Below, one piece after another: positions 34,466-44,166 of a stretch of 64,000 nt of DNA (positions within the stretch are counted from its first letter, which is position 1; each line of letters opens with the position of its first letter). The notes beneath the pieces were generated by a model. That model did not search any database. It worked only from the letters and a program-made list of their open reading frames with translations, and had not been told where the DNA came from. Position numbers and translations under genes: made by a program. The stretch is from Candidatus Dormiibacterota bacterium. Its GTDB lineage: Bacteria; Chloroflexota; Dormibacteria; Aeolococcales; Aeolococcaceae. Location of the stretch: contig CAWKDT010000005.1 of assembly GCA_963848445.1 (NCBI GenBank), positions 7,969 through 71,968 on the forward strand, read 5' to 3'.

Positions 34466-35124
34466 CCGACCACCAGCGCGAAGCCGATGCCGTCCCAGCC
34501 CTTCACGCCCACCGTCTGGAGTGCCGCCGGCGTCACGCGCTTGTCAGTGCCCATCATCTCGATGACCCTGCGGCTGCCTGCTGTATTCGTGTCGCCGCTC
34601 TCGGTGTCGAGCACCCTGCCGTTGCGGACAATATTGTCTACGACTATCAGACTCCCGACGTGAGCCAGATCGATCGCCGCCGCAAAGTACGCGGGATTGT
34701 TCTGCTTGTCCGCATCGATGAACACGAGGTCGAACGGCTCCGTGTCGCCATCCTGGAGTGAGGCGAGGGTGTCGAGCGCAGGACCGACGCGCACCTCGAC
34801 CTTGTTGTCGAGCCCGGCTCGCGCGATGTTGCGCCGGGCGATCTGCGCATGCTCGTCGCTGATCTCGAGCGAGAGCAGGTGTCCGCCCTCCGGCAGCGCG
34901 CGTCCCATCCAGATCGCGCTGTACCCACCCAGCGTGCCGATCTCCAGAATCCTTCTGGCCCGGATCGTCAACGCCAGCATGTGCAGGAACTGCCCCTGTC
35001 CCGGCGAGACGGCGATATTGGGCAGCGTCTCGCTGTCGCGCACCGCGGCCTCCAGAACAGGGTCAGGTGGCTGCAGCAGGTGTTCGGTGAACTCGTCGAC
35101 GGCGATCCAGCGTTCCTCGGCCAT
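34459..35124 (-). CDS. O-methyltransferase (caffeoyl-CoA/catechol type)
   Basis: IAVSPGQG, ILEIGTLGGYS, FDLVFIDADK, VDN.VR and KGWDG. Confidence 0.92.
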   Translation of the reverse strand: MAEERWIAVDEFTEHLLQPPDPVLEAAVRDSETLPNIAVSPGQGQFLHMLALTIRARRILEIGTLGGYSAIWMGRALPEGGHLLSLEISDEHAQIARRNIARAGLDNKVEVRVGPALDTLASLQDGDTEPFDLVFIDADKQNNPAYFAAAIDLAHVGSLIVVDNIVRNGRVLDTESGDTNTAGSRRVIEMMGTDKRVTPAALQTVGVKGWDGIGFALVVGE

Positions 35125-35135
35125 GGTCTGGCAGT

Positions 35136-35918
35136 CTAGCCGCCGCCACGATCGGGGCCGTTCAAACGACGAGCCACCCACACCTCCTCCGACGGCCAGC
35201 GTCGCGCCCAGTCCAGGGTCACGAATGGATAGCGCGTCGCGGAGCCCTCGGACGGGCGGAGTTCGATCAGGTTCTCGACCTCGAATCCGGATCGCCGGAG
35301 CAGCCGTATCCAATCGCCGTGGCCGAGGTGGAATTCGACGCCGTCGTCGTCAGGCCACTCGAAGCGATGCATGCCGAAGTAGTCGCGAAGCAGCGTGGTT
35401 CCCGCGGGTCCATCGGCCTCGACATCGGGAACGGTGAGCATGAGCAGCGGCGCATTACCCAGAAGGATCAGCCGGCCGCCCGGGCGGAGCAGCCGGGCGG
35501 CCTCGGGAATCCACACGTACGGATCGCACCAGATCGCGGCGCCGTACTCACTGATCGCCAGGTCGAAGGTCGCGTCTGCCAGAGGCACGGCTTCGGCGTT
35601 GCCGTGGATGAGGGGAAAGTGCAGGTCGTGCTCGTCCTGCAGCGCTCGCGCGGTGGCGAGCTGCGCCTCGGACATGTCGATGCCGACCACGCGGGCGCCC
35701 CGCCGGGCAAGCCACGAGGAGACGTAGGCGGTGCCGCAGCCCAGTTCGATGACATCGAGGCCGTCGACCTCGGGGAGGATGTGCACCTCGCTGTCGGGGA
35801 TGCCCCAGATGCCCCAGCTCGGCTCCGACGCCCATCCACGCCTGCCCGCCTCGACGTAGCCGGCGGCCTGCGCGTTCCAGTAGCCTCGGTTGCGGGCGAC
35901 ATGGTCTGCAGTGGTCAT
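35136..35918 (-). CDS. Class I SAM-dependent methyltransferase
   Basis: IELGCGTAY, GIDMS, FDLAISEYGA and RLLRPGG. Confidence 0.9.
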   Translation of the reverse strand: MTTADHVARNRGYWNAQAAGYVEAGRRGWASEPSWGIWGIPDSEVHILPEVDGLDVIELGCGTAYVSSWLARRGARVVGIDMSEAQLATARALQDEHDLHFPLIHGNAEAVPLADATFDLAISEYGAAIWCDPYVWIPEAARLLRPGGRLILLGNAPLLMLTVPDVEADGPAGTTLLRDYFGMHRFEWPDDDGVEFHLGHGDWIRLLRRSGFEVENLIELRPSEGSATRYPFVTLDWARRWPSEEVWVARRLNGPDRGGG

Positions 35919-35980
35919 CGTGCGACAAGGATTCCATGATCCCGCCCGCCCGGCGCATCAGGCGCGCCTACACTGGCTTC

Positions 35981-37156
35981 ATGACCACGACGAGCGTCCC
36001 GAGCGACAGCACGTCCGCGGATACCGCCGGCGCGAAGCGGGCGGATCTGGCGGGCCCCGGCATCGGCAGCTACGAGGAGCTCGAGCGCGTCCTCCCGAGC
36101 GACTACAAACCCCTGCTGAGCCCCCGCGAGACGCAGGCCGCGATCTTCGAGGTCAAGCGACACATCGAGGAAGGGCTCTGCCGCGAGCTCGGTCTGATGA
36201 TGGTCCAGGTGCCGCTGATCGTCACGGCCGACTCCGGCGTCAACGACATGCTCGATCGCGACGGGTCGCGCACGCCCATCCAGTTCCACATCGCGAACGA
36301 TCGGAACCTGCACCCCGTCGAGGCGCAGGTGGTTCAGGCGGCGACCAAGTGGAAGCGGCTCGCCTTGCGCGAGTTCGACATGTCTCCCGGCACTGGGTTG
36401 TGCACGGACATGCGCGCGGTGCGCAAGGACTACTTCCTCGATCACGACCACAGCGCCTACGTCGACCAATGGGACTGGGAGCTGGCGATGAGCGCGGCCG
36501 ACCGGAACCTGGACTTCCTCAAGGACGTGGTTCGCAAGATCTGGGGCGTCATCAAGAGCGCCGAGATGCGGGCGCACGAGATGTTTCCGGCGCTGCGCGC
36601 CGGCGGTCATCCCGACCTCCCGGACGAGCTCGTCTTCCTCCACGCGGAGGAGATCCTCGAGCGATACCCCGACCTTCCTCGCAAGCAGCGCGAGACGGCG
36701 ATCCTCCAGGACCACCCGGCCGTGTTCATCATCGGCATCGGCTGGACGCTCGCGGACGGGTACCCCCACGAGATGCGGGCGGCCGACTACGACGACTGGT
36801 CGACGGAGGTGGCCGGCACCGATGGGACGAAGCGGCACGGCCTCAACGGCGACCTGCTGGTCTGGAATCCCGTGACACGCAGGCGCCACGAGCTGTCGTC
36901 GATGGGCATCCGCGTCGACGCAGCGTCACTGCGACAGCAGCTCGAGCTCACCGGGCAGCTGGACTGGCTCACCCTCCCCTACCATCGCGCCATCAGCGAG
37001 GACGCGGTGCCGCTGAGCATCGGCGGTGGCATCGGGCAGTCGCGCACCCAGATGCTCCTGCTGCGCAAGGCGCATCTCGGTGAGGTGAGCGTGACCGTGT
37101 GGCCGCAGGTGCTGAAAGACATCTGCGCGGAGCGCAACATCGTCGTCCTCGAGTAG
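35981..37156 (+). CDS. asnA: Aspartate-ammonia ligase (asparagine synthetase A)
   Basis: TKWKR, DHDHSAYVDQWDWE, RAADYDDW, LNGD, ELSSMGIRV and SIGGGIGQSR. Confidence 0.95.
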   Translation: MTTTSVPSDSTSADTAGAKRADLAGPGIGSYEELERVLPSDYKPLLSPRETQAAIFEVKRHIEEGLCRELGLMMVQVPLIVTADSGVNDMLDRDGSRTPIQFHIANDRNLHPVEAQVVQAATKWKRLALREFDMSPGTGLCTDMRAVRKDYFLDHDHSAYVDQWDWELAMSAADRNLDFLKDVVRKIWGVIKSAEMRAHEMFPALRAGGHPDLPDELVFLHAEEILERYPDLPRKQRETAILQDHPAVFIIGIGWTLADGYPHEMRAADYDDWSTEVAGTDGTKRHGLNGDLLVWNPVTRRRHELSSMGIRVDAASLRQQLELTGQLDWLTLPYHRAISEDAVPLSIGGGIGQSRTQMLLLRKAHLGEVSVTVWPQVLKDICAERNIVVLE

Positions 37157-37206
37157 CCGAGCGCGCGACGGGAGTGTCGCGATTCGATGTGGCTGCGCAG
37201 CGATGC

Positions 37207-38595
37207 TCAATGCTCCGCAAGCACCGCACCGAGGCGGGCCAACGCGGCGGTGAACGCGTGCTCCGGCGGACGCGCGTATCCCACCACCAGCGCCGGCGCG
37301 AGCTCCTGCGTACCGAGTCGAAACGTCGCAAGTCCCTGGAGGGCCAGCCCGCGCTCGGCCGCGCGTGCGACCAGCTCGTCCTCGGTTCGGCCTGACGGCA
37401 GCTGCACCAGCGCATGAAGCCCCGCCGCGATGCCGGTGACACGCGCAGCGGGCGCCTGCCGTTGCAGCTCGGCAACCAGACGGTCCCGTCGACGCCGATA
37501 GACAAGCCGGGCACGCCGCACATGTCGGTCGTACGCGCCTGACGAGATGAACTCGGCGAGCGCAAGTTGGTCGAGGCTGCTGCTGAGGCGGTGCACCGCC
37601 GTCTTCACCGCGACGACGCCGTCGACAAACCCGGACGGCAGCACCAGCCAGGCCAGGCGCAGACCTGGAGCGAGCGTTTTGCTCGCCGTTCCGGCGTAGA
37701 CGATGTGATCCGCCGCGCGCGCCTGCATCGCGCCGATAGCCTGCCGGTCGTACCGGAACTCGCCGTCGTAGTCGTCTTCGATGATCACCGAGTCGGAGTC
37801 CACGGCCCATTCGATCGCGCGACGCCGCCGGTCCGGGTGCAGCGGGAATCCGAGCGGGAACTGGTGCGCCGGGGTGAGCAGGGCTGCGCCCGCGGACCCC
37901 ACCTGCTCGATGACCGCCCCGTTCGAATCGACCGGCACTGTCCGCACGTGCAGACCGGCCGCCTCGGCGATCACGCGGTGCAGCCCATGACCGTATCCCT
38001 CGATGGCGAGTGACGTCACCCCGCGATGTCGCAGCGCCTCGCAGACGAGCCCGAGGCCCTCCGCAAATCCCGAGCAGATCACGATGCGATCAGGTGCGAT
38101 CGCAACTCCGCGCGCACGGGACAGGTAGTCGCTCAGGGCGGCACGCAGCTGCGGCAGCCCGCGCGGGTCCGCGTATCCCATCACGTCGAGCGGCGCCGTG
38201 GCGAGCGCGCGGCGCAGCGCGGCGACCCACGCCGCGCGGGGGAACGCCGAGAGATCCGGCACACCGGGACGCAGGTCGTGGCGGGGCGCCACGGAGTGGG
38301 CGGCGCTCGTCGCGGGCTCGGTCGCGGGCGGCACGCGATGCTCGGCAACCCATGTCCCGGCGCCCCGTCGCGACGCAAGCCAGCCTTCGGCGATCAACTG
38401 CGCGTAGGCCTCGGCCGCGGTGTTGCGCGCCACGCCGAGATCGGCCGCGAGCGCGCGCGAGGACGGGAGCCGGGTGCCCGGATGGAGACGGCCCTCGCGG
38501 ATGGCGTCACGGAGCCCCCGCTCGAGGCCGCTGCGCACCCGCCCGCCACGGTCGAGGTGCAGATCGCCGCCCCAAGTGGCCCACGTTCTCGGCAT
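37207..38595 (-). CDS. MocR/GabR family PLP-binding transcriptional regulator
   Basis: GntR HTH LPSSRALAADLGVARNT; TPAHQFPLG, IEDDYDGEFRY and ASKTLAPGLRLAW. Confidence 0.93.
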   Translation of the reverse strand: MPRTWATWGGDLHLDRGGRVRSGLERGLRDAIREGRLHPGTRLPSSRALAADLGVARNTAAEAYAQLIAEGWLASRRGAGTWVAEHRVPPATEPATSAAHSVAPRHDLRPGVPDLSAFPRAAWVAALRRALATAPLDVMGYADPRGLPQLRAALSDYLSRARGVAIAPDRIVICSGFAEGLGLVCEALRHRGVTSLAIEGYGHGLHRVIAEAAGLHVRTVPVDSNGAVIEQVGSAGAALLTPAHQFPLGFPLHPDRRRRAIEWAVDSDSVIIEDDYDGEFRYDRQAIGAMQARAADHIVYAGTASKTLAPGLRLAWLVLPSGFVDGVVAVKTAVHRLSSSLDQLALAEFISSGAYDRHVRRARLVYRRRRDRLVAELQRQAPAARVTGIAAGLHALVQLPSGRTEDELVARAAERGLALQGLATFRLGTQELAPALVVGYARPPEHAFTAALARLGAVLAEH

Positions 38596-38640
38596 GAAAG
38601 TGGACTTTACTCCTGGGCTGGTTATGCTGCAGAGTGGTCC
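38575..38640. promoter_or_regulatory. Putative MocR operator: three AGTGG direct repeats around a TATGCT -10 box
   Basis: AGTGGC at 38575, AGTGGAC at 38599 and AGTGGTC at 38633, spanning the junction of the divergent MocR and AhpD genes. Confidence 0.4.
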
Positions 38641-38642
38641 CC

Positions 38643-39134
38643 ATGACCACCGCAACGATCGACAACCCGACCCGACCCCGCCTCGACTTCGACGCCCACG
38701 CCGCCGTCTTCTCGCGGGCGATGGGCCACCTCGATCACGCCGCCACCAAACAGCTGGACCAGGTCGACTTCGACCACAAGCTGCGCGAGCTCGTTCGGAT
38801 CCGGGCATCGCAGCTCAACGGGTGCGCCTACTGCATCGATATGCACACCAAGGACGCACGGGCGATCGGCGAGGCGGAGCAGCGCATCTACGCCCTTCCG
38901 GCGTGGAGGGAGACGCCGTTCTTCACCGAACGGGAGCGCGCCGCGCTCGCGTTCACGGAGTTGGTGACTCTCCTCGCCGAGACGCACGTCCCGGCACGGG
39001 CGTACGAGGAGGTGGCGAGCCGCTTCTCCCCCGACGAGGTCGCAGCCCTACTCAGCCTCATCGTGACCATCAATGCGTGGAACGCGATCGGCGTCAGCGC
39101 GCGCTGCTGGGTGCCCGGCTCATACGAGGTGTGA
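38643..39134 (+). CDS. Carboxymuconolactone decarboxylase / AhpD-like protein
   Basis: ELVRIRASQLNGCAYCIDMH, WRETPFFTERERAAL and INAWN. Confidence 0.92.
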   Translation: MTTATIDNPTRPRLDFDAHAAVFSRAMGHLDHAATKQLDQVDFDHKLRELVRIRASQLNGCAYCIDMHTKDARAIGEAEQRIYALPAWRETPFFTERERAALAFTELVTLLAETHVPARAYEEVASRFSPDEVAALLSLIVTINAWNAIGVSARCWVPGSYEV

Positions 39135-39146
39135 CGGGCTCCGGGT

Positions 39147-39224
39147 TGGGGTGGCCAGAGGGATTCGAACCCTCGACCTCCAGGGCCACAACCTGGCACT
39201 CTAACCAGCTGAGCTATGGCCACC
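39147..39224 (-). tRNA. tRNA-His (GUG), with encoded G-1 and CCA
   Basis: Acceptor GTGGCCA/TGGCCAC, D-arm TAGCTCAGCTGGTTAGAG, anticodon arm CCAGG-TTGTGGC-CCTGG, T-loop GGTTCGAATCC. Confidence 0.97.
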
Positions 39225-39309
39225 ACGAAGCACCGGAGGGGAGGCTCGGCGATTATATGGCCGGTGACCGGCGGCCCGAACCTGAACCCGCCGGTACACT
39301 CGGCGCGTC

Positions 39310-39385
39310 GCCCCCGTAGCTCAGTGGATAGAGCTGCCGCCTTCTAAGCGGTCGGTCGTGGGTTCAATTCCTACCGGGGGCGCCA
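39310..39385 (+). tRNA. tRNA-Arg (UCU), with encoded CCA
   Basis: Acceptor GCCCCCG/CGGGGGC, anticodon loop CTTCTAA, GGTTCAATTCC; TACACT -10 at 39295-39300. Confidence 0.96.
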
Positions 39386-39404
39386 AATTGATGTCGCACC
39401 TGTG

Positions 39405-40679
39405 TCACATCAAGTGCTCGCGCTCCGCCGGATCCTCCGGCCTCGGCGCGACGTACGGCGTTCGGGCGCCGGTGAGCCCCAGGGCCGCGGACAGCCTGAC
39501 GCGGCCACCCGTCCGCAGGACGGAGTTGCGATAGATCCGTCCCGCGAGGGCGGCCAGGAGGTAGATCGTGGCAATCGTGAGCAGCACGCTGAGGAGCACC
39601 TGCCACAGCGGGACGTCACCCGTCGCGATGCGCACGGGCATCACCATCGGTGACATCGGCGGGATGAGCGAAAGCACCGTCGTTGTCGTGCTCGCCGGGC
39701 TTGGCGCAACGACACCGAGCGTGAGCACCCACGCCGCCACGATGACGAGAATCGCCGGCATCGCCACGCTGGCCACGTCCTCCTGACGGGACACCATGGA
39801 ACCGGCCGCCGCGAAAAGAAGCGCATACATCAGGAAGCCGAGGATCAGCCAGAGGAAGCCGCCGAGGACCACGTCGACACCGAGGGTTGGGATCGACACC
39901 ACGTTGGTGACGGTCGCGAGCACCAGCGCGGTGACTGCAATCGCCGCGACCTGCCCCAGCGCAACCAACCCGATCCCGCTGATCTTGCCGACCATGAGCT
40001 GCCACGGCCGCACCGTCGTCAGGAGGATCTCCACGATGCGATTCGACTTCTCCTCGATGACGCTCGACGCGACCAGCTGACCGTAGACCAACAGGGTGAT
40101 ATAGAGCGTTCCCGCCACCAGGAGCCCGATGACGATTGCCTGCACGCTCTCGGCGCTGAGCGGAGCGGTGAGCAGCCGTACCTGCGCCGACGTCGCCGCC
40201 AGCGCCCGATCGATCTCTGCAGTTCCGATCCCGTTCTGTGCAAGGAGCTCGTTGAGCACCTGCTCCCGCGCGAGGTCGGTGAGCACCGTTTGCAGGTTGC
40301 CGTCGGCGCTGCTCTGCACCGTGATCGTCGGTGCCGTGGTCGGGCCGCTGACCAGCGCGTCGAGCGTCCCGCTGCGCACCTCGTCCTGTCCCTGCGCGAG
40401 CGTTGCAGGCGCGTGGAGCGTGACGGACTCTCCGAGCTGCTTCATGTCGTCGCGAAGCGGCGCCGCGAACTGCTGCGCCGCTCCGACGAACCCCACATTC
40501 AGGGACGTGGCCTTGGAGAACACATACGCCTGCAGCAGGATGTATGCGCCGACCCCCATGATCGCGAGCACCGTGGTGATGGCAAAGACTCGGGTTCGGA
40601 GACGTGCGTTGAACTCCCGGCTCGCGATCACCAGCGTCAACCCGACGCTCTCGGCGATCCCGGCCCTCGTGTCATTCAT
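39405..40679 (-). CDS. ABC-2 type permease (NatB-like)
   Basis: ASREFNARLR, EEKSNRIVEILL, MVGKISG and PMVMPVR. Confidence 0.88.
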   Translation of the reverse strand: MNDTRAGIAESVGLTLVIASREFNARLRTRVFAITTVLAIMGVGAYILLQAYVFSKATSLNVGFVGAAQQFAAPLRDDMKQLGESVTLHAPATLAQGQDEVRSGTLDALVSGPTTAPTITVQSSADGNLQTVLTDLAREQVLNELLAQNGIGTAEIDRALAATSAQVRLLTAPLSAESVQAIVIGLLVAGTLYITLLVYGQLVASSVIEEKSNRIVEILLTTVRPWQLMVGKISGIGLVALGQVAAIAVTALVLATVTNVVSIPTLGVDVVLGGFLWLILGFLMYALLFAAAGSMVSRQEDVASVAMPAILVIVAAWVLTLGVVAPSPASTTTTVLSLIPPMSPMVMPVRIATGDVPLWQVLLSVLLTIATIYLLAALAGRIYRNSVLRTGGRVRLSAALGLTGARTPYVAPRPEDPAEREHLM

Positions 40680-41574
40680 GCGTCGTCGTCTCGGTCATCA
40701 CACTTCGGAACAGCTGTGTCAACGAGGGACGATCCCGCCGGAACTCGCGCAGCGGACCGGAGGCCAGCGCCGCGTGGAGCACTCCCTGCTCGTCGGTGCC
40801 GTCCGCAAGTTGAATCAGCCAATTCGGACCGTCGTGTTCGATCAGCGTTGCGCCGGGGACGCTGTCGAACCAACCCGAAGGGGCGCTCGGAGCATCCACC
40901 CAGAATCGCACCGGCCCCCGCGCGGTCAGCTCGTCGACGGTGCCGAGGGCGACCATCTGACCGTGGTTGATGATCCCGACCCGGTCGCACAACCTTTCGA
41001 CGATGTCGAGCTGGTGGCTCGACAGGAGGACGTGCTTACCCGCTTCCGCCTCGGCTCGCAGGACCTCTGACATCGCGTCGACCGCCACAGGGTCGAGGCC
41101 GGCAAAGGGCTCGTCCAGGACGAGCAGGTCCGGGGAGGACACCAGGGCGGCGGCGAGCTGCACGCGCTGCTGGTTGCCGTGGCTCAGCGCCTGCAGCTGG
41201 CTCCTGGCGCGATCCGCCAGGCCCAGCAGCTCCAGCAGGGGGAGGGCGGCCTCGTGTGCGGCGCTGCGCCTGAGGCCGTGCAGCCTGGCGAAGTACTCGA
41301 GTTGCGCGATCACCGTCATCTTCGGATAGAGGCCCCGCTCCTCTGGCATGTAGCCGATGCGCCGGCGGGTCGCGAAGGTGATGGGCATCGAGTCCCACAG
41401 GACGCTGCCGGCATCGGCCTCCAGCACGCCGAGCGCGATCCGCATCGTGGTGGTCTTGCCCGCGCCGTTGGCGCCGACGAAACCGAAGATCTCCCCCTGC
41501 CGTACATCGAAGCTGAGATCGTGGAGCGCCTCGAGCGCGCCGTAGCGCTTCGACAGGTGGCTCAGCGCCAGCAT
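40672..41574 (-). CDS. ABC-2 ATP-binding subunit (NatA-like)
   Basis: GANGAGKTT, IGYMPEERGLYPKM, LSHGNQQR, LDEPFAGLDP and SSH. Confidence 0.92.
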   Translation of the reverse strand: MLALSHLSKRYGALEALHDLSFDVRQGEIFGFVGANGAGKTTTMRIALGVLEADAGSVLWDSMPITFATRRRIGYMPEERGLYPKMTVIAQLEYFARLHGLRRSAAHEAALPLLELLGLADRARSQLQALSHGNQQRVQLAAALVSSPDLLVLDEPFAGLDPVAVDAMSEVLRAEAEAGKHVLLSSHQLDIVERLCDRVGIINHGQMVALGTVDELTARGPVRFWVDAPSAPSGWFDSVPGATLIEHDGPNWLIQLADGTDEQGVLHAALASGPLREFRRDRPSLTQLFRSVMTETTTHE

Positions 41575-41656
41575 CGTCGCGAAGGCTCCGTGATCGTTCC
41601 GCGAGCGAGGGGAGGCACCGCCCGATGATACGGAGCCTCGTGTGCCCGACCCGCGC

Positions 41657-43993
41657 CTAGGCGGGAACGCGAACCAGCTGGAGTGTTCGCTCGTGTCGCT
41701 CGGCCGCGCCGACGTGGTGCAGCCGCTGCCGGAACGTCAGGGGGTCGAGCGGACGGTCGAAGTGGAAGCCCTGCAGCGTATCGGCGCCGAGCGACCGCAC
41801 CAGCGCCGCCTCCTCCGGGGTCTCGATCCCCTCGACGGTCGTCGACAGATGCAGCTCGCGTGCCAGGTCGACGACGGTCTTGAACACCAGACGCCCGGCG
41901 CCGCTCGTCGCGTTGACGACAAACGAGCGGTCGACCTTCAGGATGTCCGCGTCGAGCCTGGTCAGGAGCGCAAGCGACGAATACCCGGTGCCGAAGTCGT
42001 CGATCGCGATGCGCACGCCCTCACGCCGGAGGTCCCGGATCGCAGCCGCGGCCGCACCGGCCTCGTGCACGTACGAGCTTTCGGTGAGCTCGAGGATGAG
42101 GTTCTCGGGAGCGGTCCTGGTGTCGGCGAGCGCCTTGTAGACATCGTCGACGAAACCTTGGCTGCGCAGCTGATGCACCGTCACGTTGACGCTGACGCTC
42201 GGGCCGACCCCATGGGATCGCCAGGTCGCGGCATCTCGCAGCGCCTGCTGGAGGATCCACCTTCCAAGCTCGACGATGAACCCACTCGCCTCGGCCACGG
42301 GAATGAAGTCGAGCGGCGCGATGCGTCCGCGCGTCGGGTGATCCCAGCGGACCAGGGCCTCGGCGCCACTGATCTTCCCGGACGCTGCGCAGATCGTCGG
42401 CTGGTATTCGAGGATGAACTGACCCTGGGCAAGGCTATCGGGCATGTCCGCTTCCAGCCACATCCTGGAGATCTCATCGCCGTGGAGGGTGTCGTCGTAG
42501 ATCTCGAACGTCCCGCGGCCGCGCGCCTTGGCCGCGTACAACGCCAGATCCGCAGAGCGCAGCGCCGCGTCCGCATCGATCCCCCCGGTGACCAGCACAC
42601 CACCGATCGCCGCCGAGAGGGTGATGCGGTCGCCCGCGAACGCGATCGGCTCGCGGAAGCATCCCTGGACCCGGTATGCGATATGGGCGACCGAGTCACG
42701 GTCGGACGTGTTGAACGCGATGATCGCGAACTCGTCGCCGCCGAGCCGGGAGACCACGTCCGTCGGCCGCATCACGCCGGTGAGGCGGCGTGCGACCACG
42801 CTCAGCACTCGATCGCCGGCAGCGTGCCCGTATCGGTCGTTGACCGACTTGAACTTGTCGAGATCGATGTACAGGATCGCCGTCCCGCGGGCGTTCGGCT
42901 GCTGGCCGCGCAGCACGGCGCGATCGAGCTCTCCGCGGAAGCTGTCGCGATTCACCAGACCGGTGAGCACATCGGTGCTGGCGCGACGCCTGAGCTCGAC
43001 GATGAGAGTCCGGTTCGACACCGCCTCGAGCAGCTGCCGGACGGTGGCCAGCACCATGATGACGAGCACGCCTCCCAGGACGACCGGGTCGATCGACGGG
43101 CCGGTGCCGTGAAAGTCCGCCACTGAGATGCCGGCCGCGACGATCGCACACGCGAACGGCACCCAGATCGCCAGCCGCCGGGGCGGGAGCGCTTCGGCGG
43201 CTGCCTCCGCCCTCCGAGCGTCGGGGACGTCGATCAGAGCACCGGCGGCGAGGAGCAGGAGGCCGCCGGTCCACATCAGGTCGGTGAGCGTGCCGCTCGC
43301 GAAGGTCCCGTTTGCCGAGGCGTAGGCGAGCGCGAGGTCGGCGATGGTGACCGACAGGAATCCGACGCCGAGCACGATCATCGACGGGCGGAGGCGCCAC
43401 CTGGAGCTGGCCACCGCACTCCAGAGCAGCGTGACGACAAGGAGGTCGCCCACCGGGATGCTCAGGCTCAGCAGCGCCGACCCGGCGCTGAACTTGCTCG
43501 CGACGAAGACGCGCTCGAGAATGGGGACCCAGCAGATCAGCATCAGCGCCAGTCCGACCGTGACCGCGTCGAGAACCCGCACGACCAGCGGCAGCTGCGA
43601 CCCGCGGCGGATGCTGAACGCGGCGCTGCCCGCCACGGCGAACGGCACGGCCGCGACGAACCCCACCGCTGAGAGCGAGGGGAATGGCATCTGCCTCCCG
43701 GCGGTGAGGTCGTACACCAACCAGGTGACGACGCTGATCGCCCAGAGCGCGGAGTACATGGCGATGAGGCTCCACGCCACCCGGCGTACCCCGGCGCTCC
43801 GCACGCCGGCCACGATGCACATGGCGGCCGCGAGGATGCCCGCGACAAGCTGCCCCACGTCGTCGGCGACCTTCCCACCCTGGACGCCGAGGACACCGGT
43901 TCCCATCAGGACGCCCAGTGTCAGCAGGCCCGCGACGGCGGCAGCTCCGCCGGCCAGGGCCAGCGGCGACCGCGCTAATACCTTCATTCGCAT
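41657..43993 (-). CDS. Membrane-anchored diguanylate cyclase/phosphodiesterase (multi-TM + GGDEF + EAL); start uncertain
   Basis: About 9-10 N-terminal TMs; DLDKFKSVND, RPTD I-site, RLGGDEF; EALVRW, DDFGTGYSS, EGIE and QGF. Confidence 0.93.
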   Translation of the reverse strand: MRMKVLARSPLALAGGAAAVAGLLTLGVLMGTGVLGVQGGKVADDVGQLVAGILAAAMCIVAGVRSAGVRRVAWSLIAMYSALWAISVVTWLVYDLTAGRQMPFPSLSAVGFVAAVPFAVAGSAAFSIRRGSQLPLVVRVLDAVTVGLALMLICWVPILERVFVASKFSAGSALLSLSIPVGDLLVVTLLWSAVASSRWRLRPSMIVLGVGFLSVTIADLALAYASANGTFASGTLTDLMWTGGLLLLAAGALIDVPDARRAEAAAEALPPRRLAIWVPFACAIVAAGISVADFHGTGPSIDPVVLGGVLVIMVLATVRQLLEAVSNRTLIVELRRRASTDVLTGLVNRDSFRGELDRAVLRGQQPNARGTAILYIDLDKFKSVNDRYGHAAGDRVLSVVARRLTGVMRPTDVVSRLGGDEFAIIAFNTSDRDSVAHIAYRVQGCFREPIAFAGDRITLSAAIGGVLVTGGIDADAALRSADLALYAAKARGRGTFEIYDDTLHGDEISRMWLEADMPDSLAQGQFILEYQPTICAASGKISGAEALVRWDHPTRGRIAPLDFIPVAEASGFIVELGRWILQQALRDAATWRSHGVGPSVSVNVTVHQLRSQGFVDDVYKALADTRTAPENLILELTESSYVHEAGAAAAAIRDLRREGVRIAIDDFGTGYSSLALLTRLDADILKVDRSFVVNATSGAGRLVFKTVVDLARELHLSTTVEGIETPEEAALVRSLGADTLQGFHFDRPLDPLTFRQRLHHVGAAERHERTLQLVRVPA

Positions 43994-44166
43994 CAATCGA
44001 ACTCTGCCAAACTTCGGGAATCCGGCCAAGGGCTATAGGTCATGACACTCTCGGGACGTTGGGGTCGCGGTCAAGGCCGAGATGGTGACCTTGTCCCCGG
44101 GCACTTGCGTGCCGCGCTAAATGCGCCGGGCGGCGCGGCATCGGTCATCCCGTAGGATCGCCGGGA

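Noticed and set aside
39147-39224. Extra 5' G in tRNA-His
   Set aside because: A genome-encoded G-1:C73 pair is the normal bacterial tRNA-His identity element.
39310-44030. tRNA-Arg(UCU) as an integration site for the downstream ABC-2/GGDEF genes
   Set aside because: No integrase and no duplicated tRNA 3' end (att) was seen in the window.
44030-44166. Possible c-di-GMP or c-di-AMP riboswitch upstream of the GGDEF-EAL gene
   Set aside because: Only a short GGCAC-GCAA-GTGCC hairpin is present; the conserved riboswitch core sequences are not recognisable.
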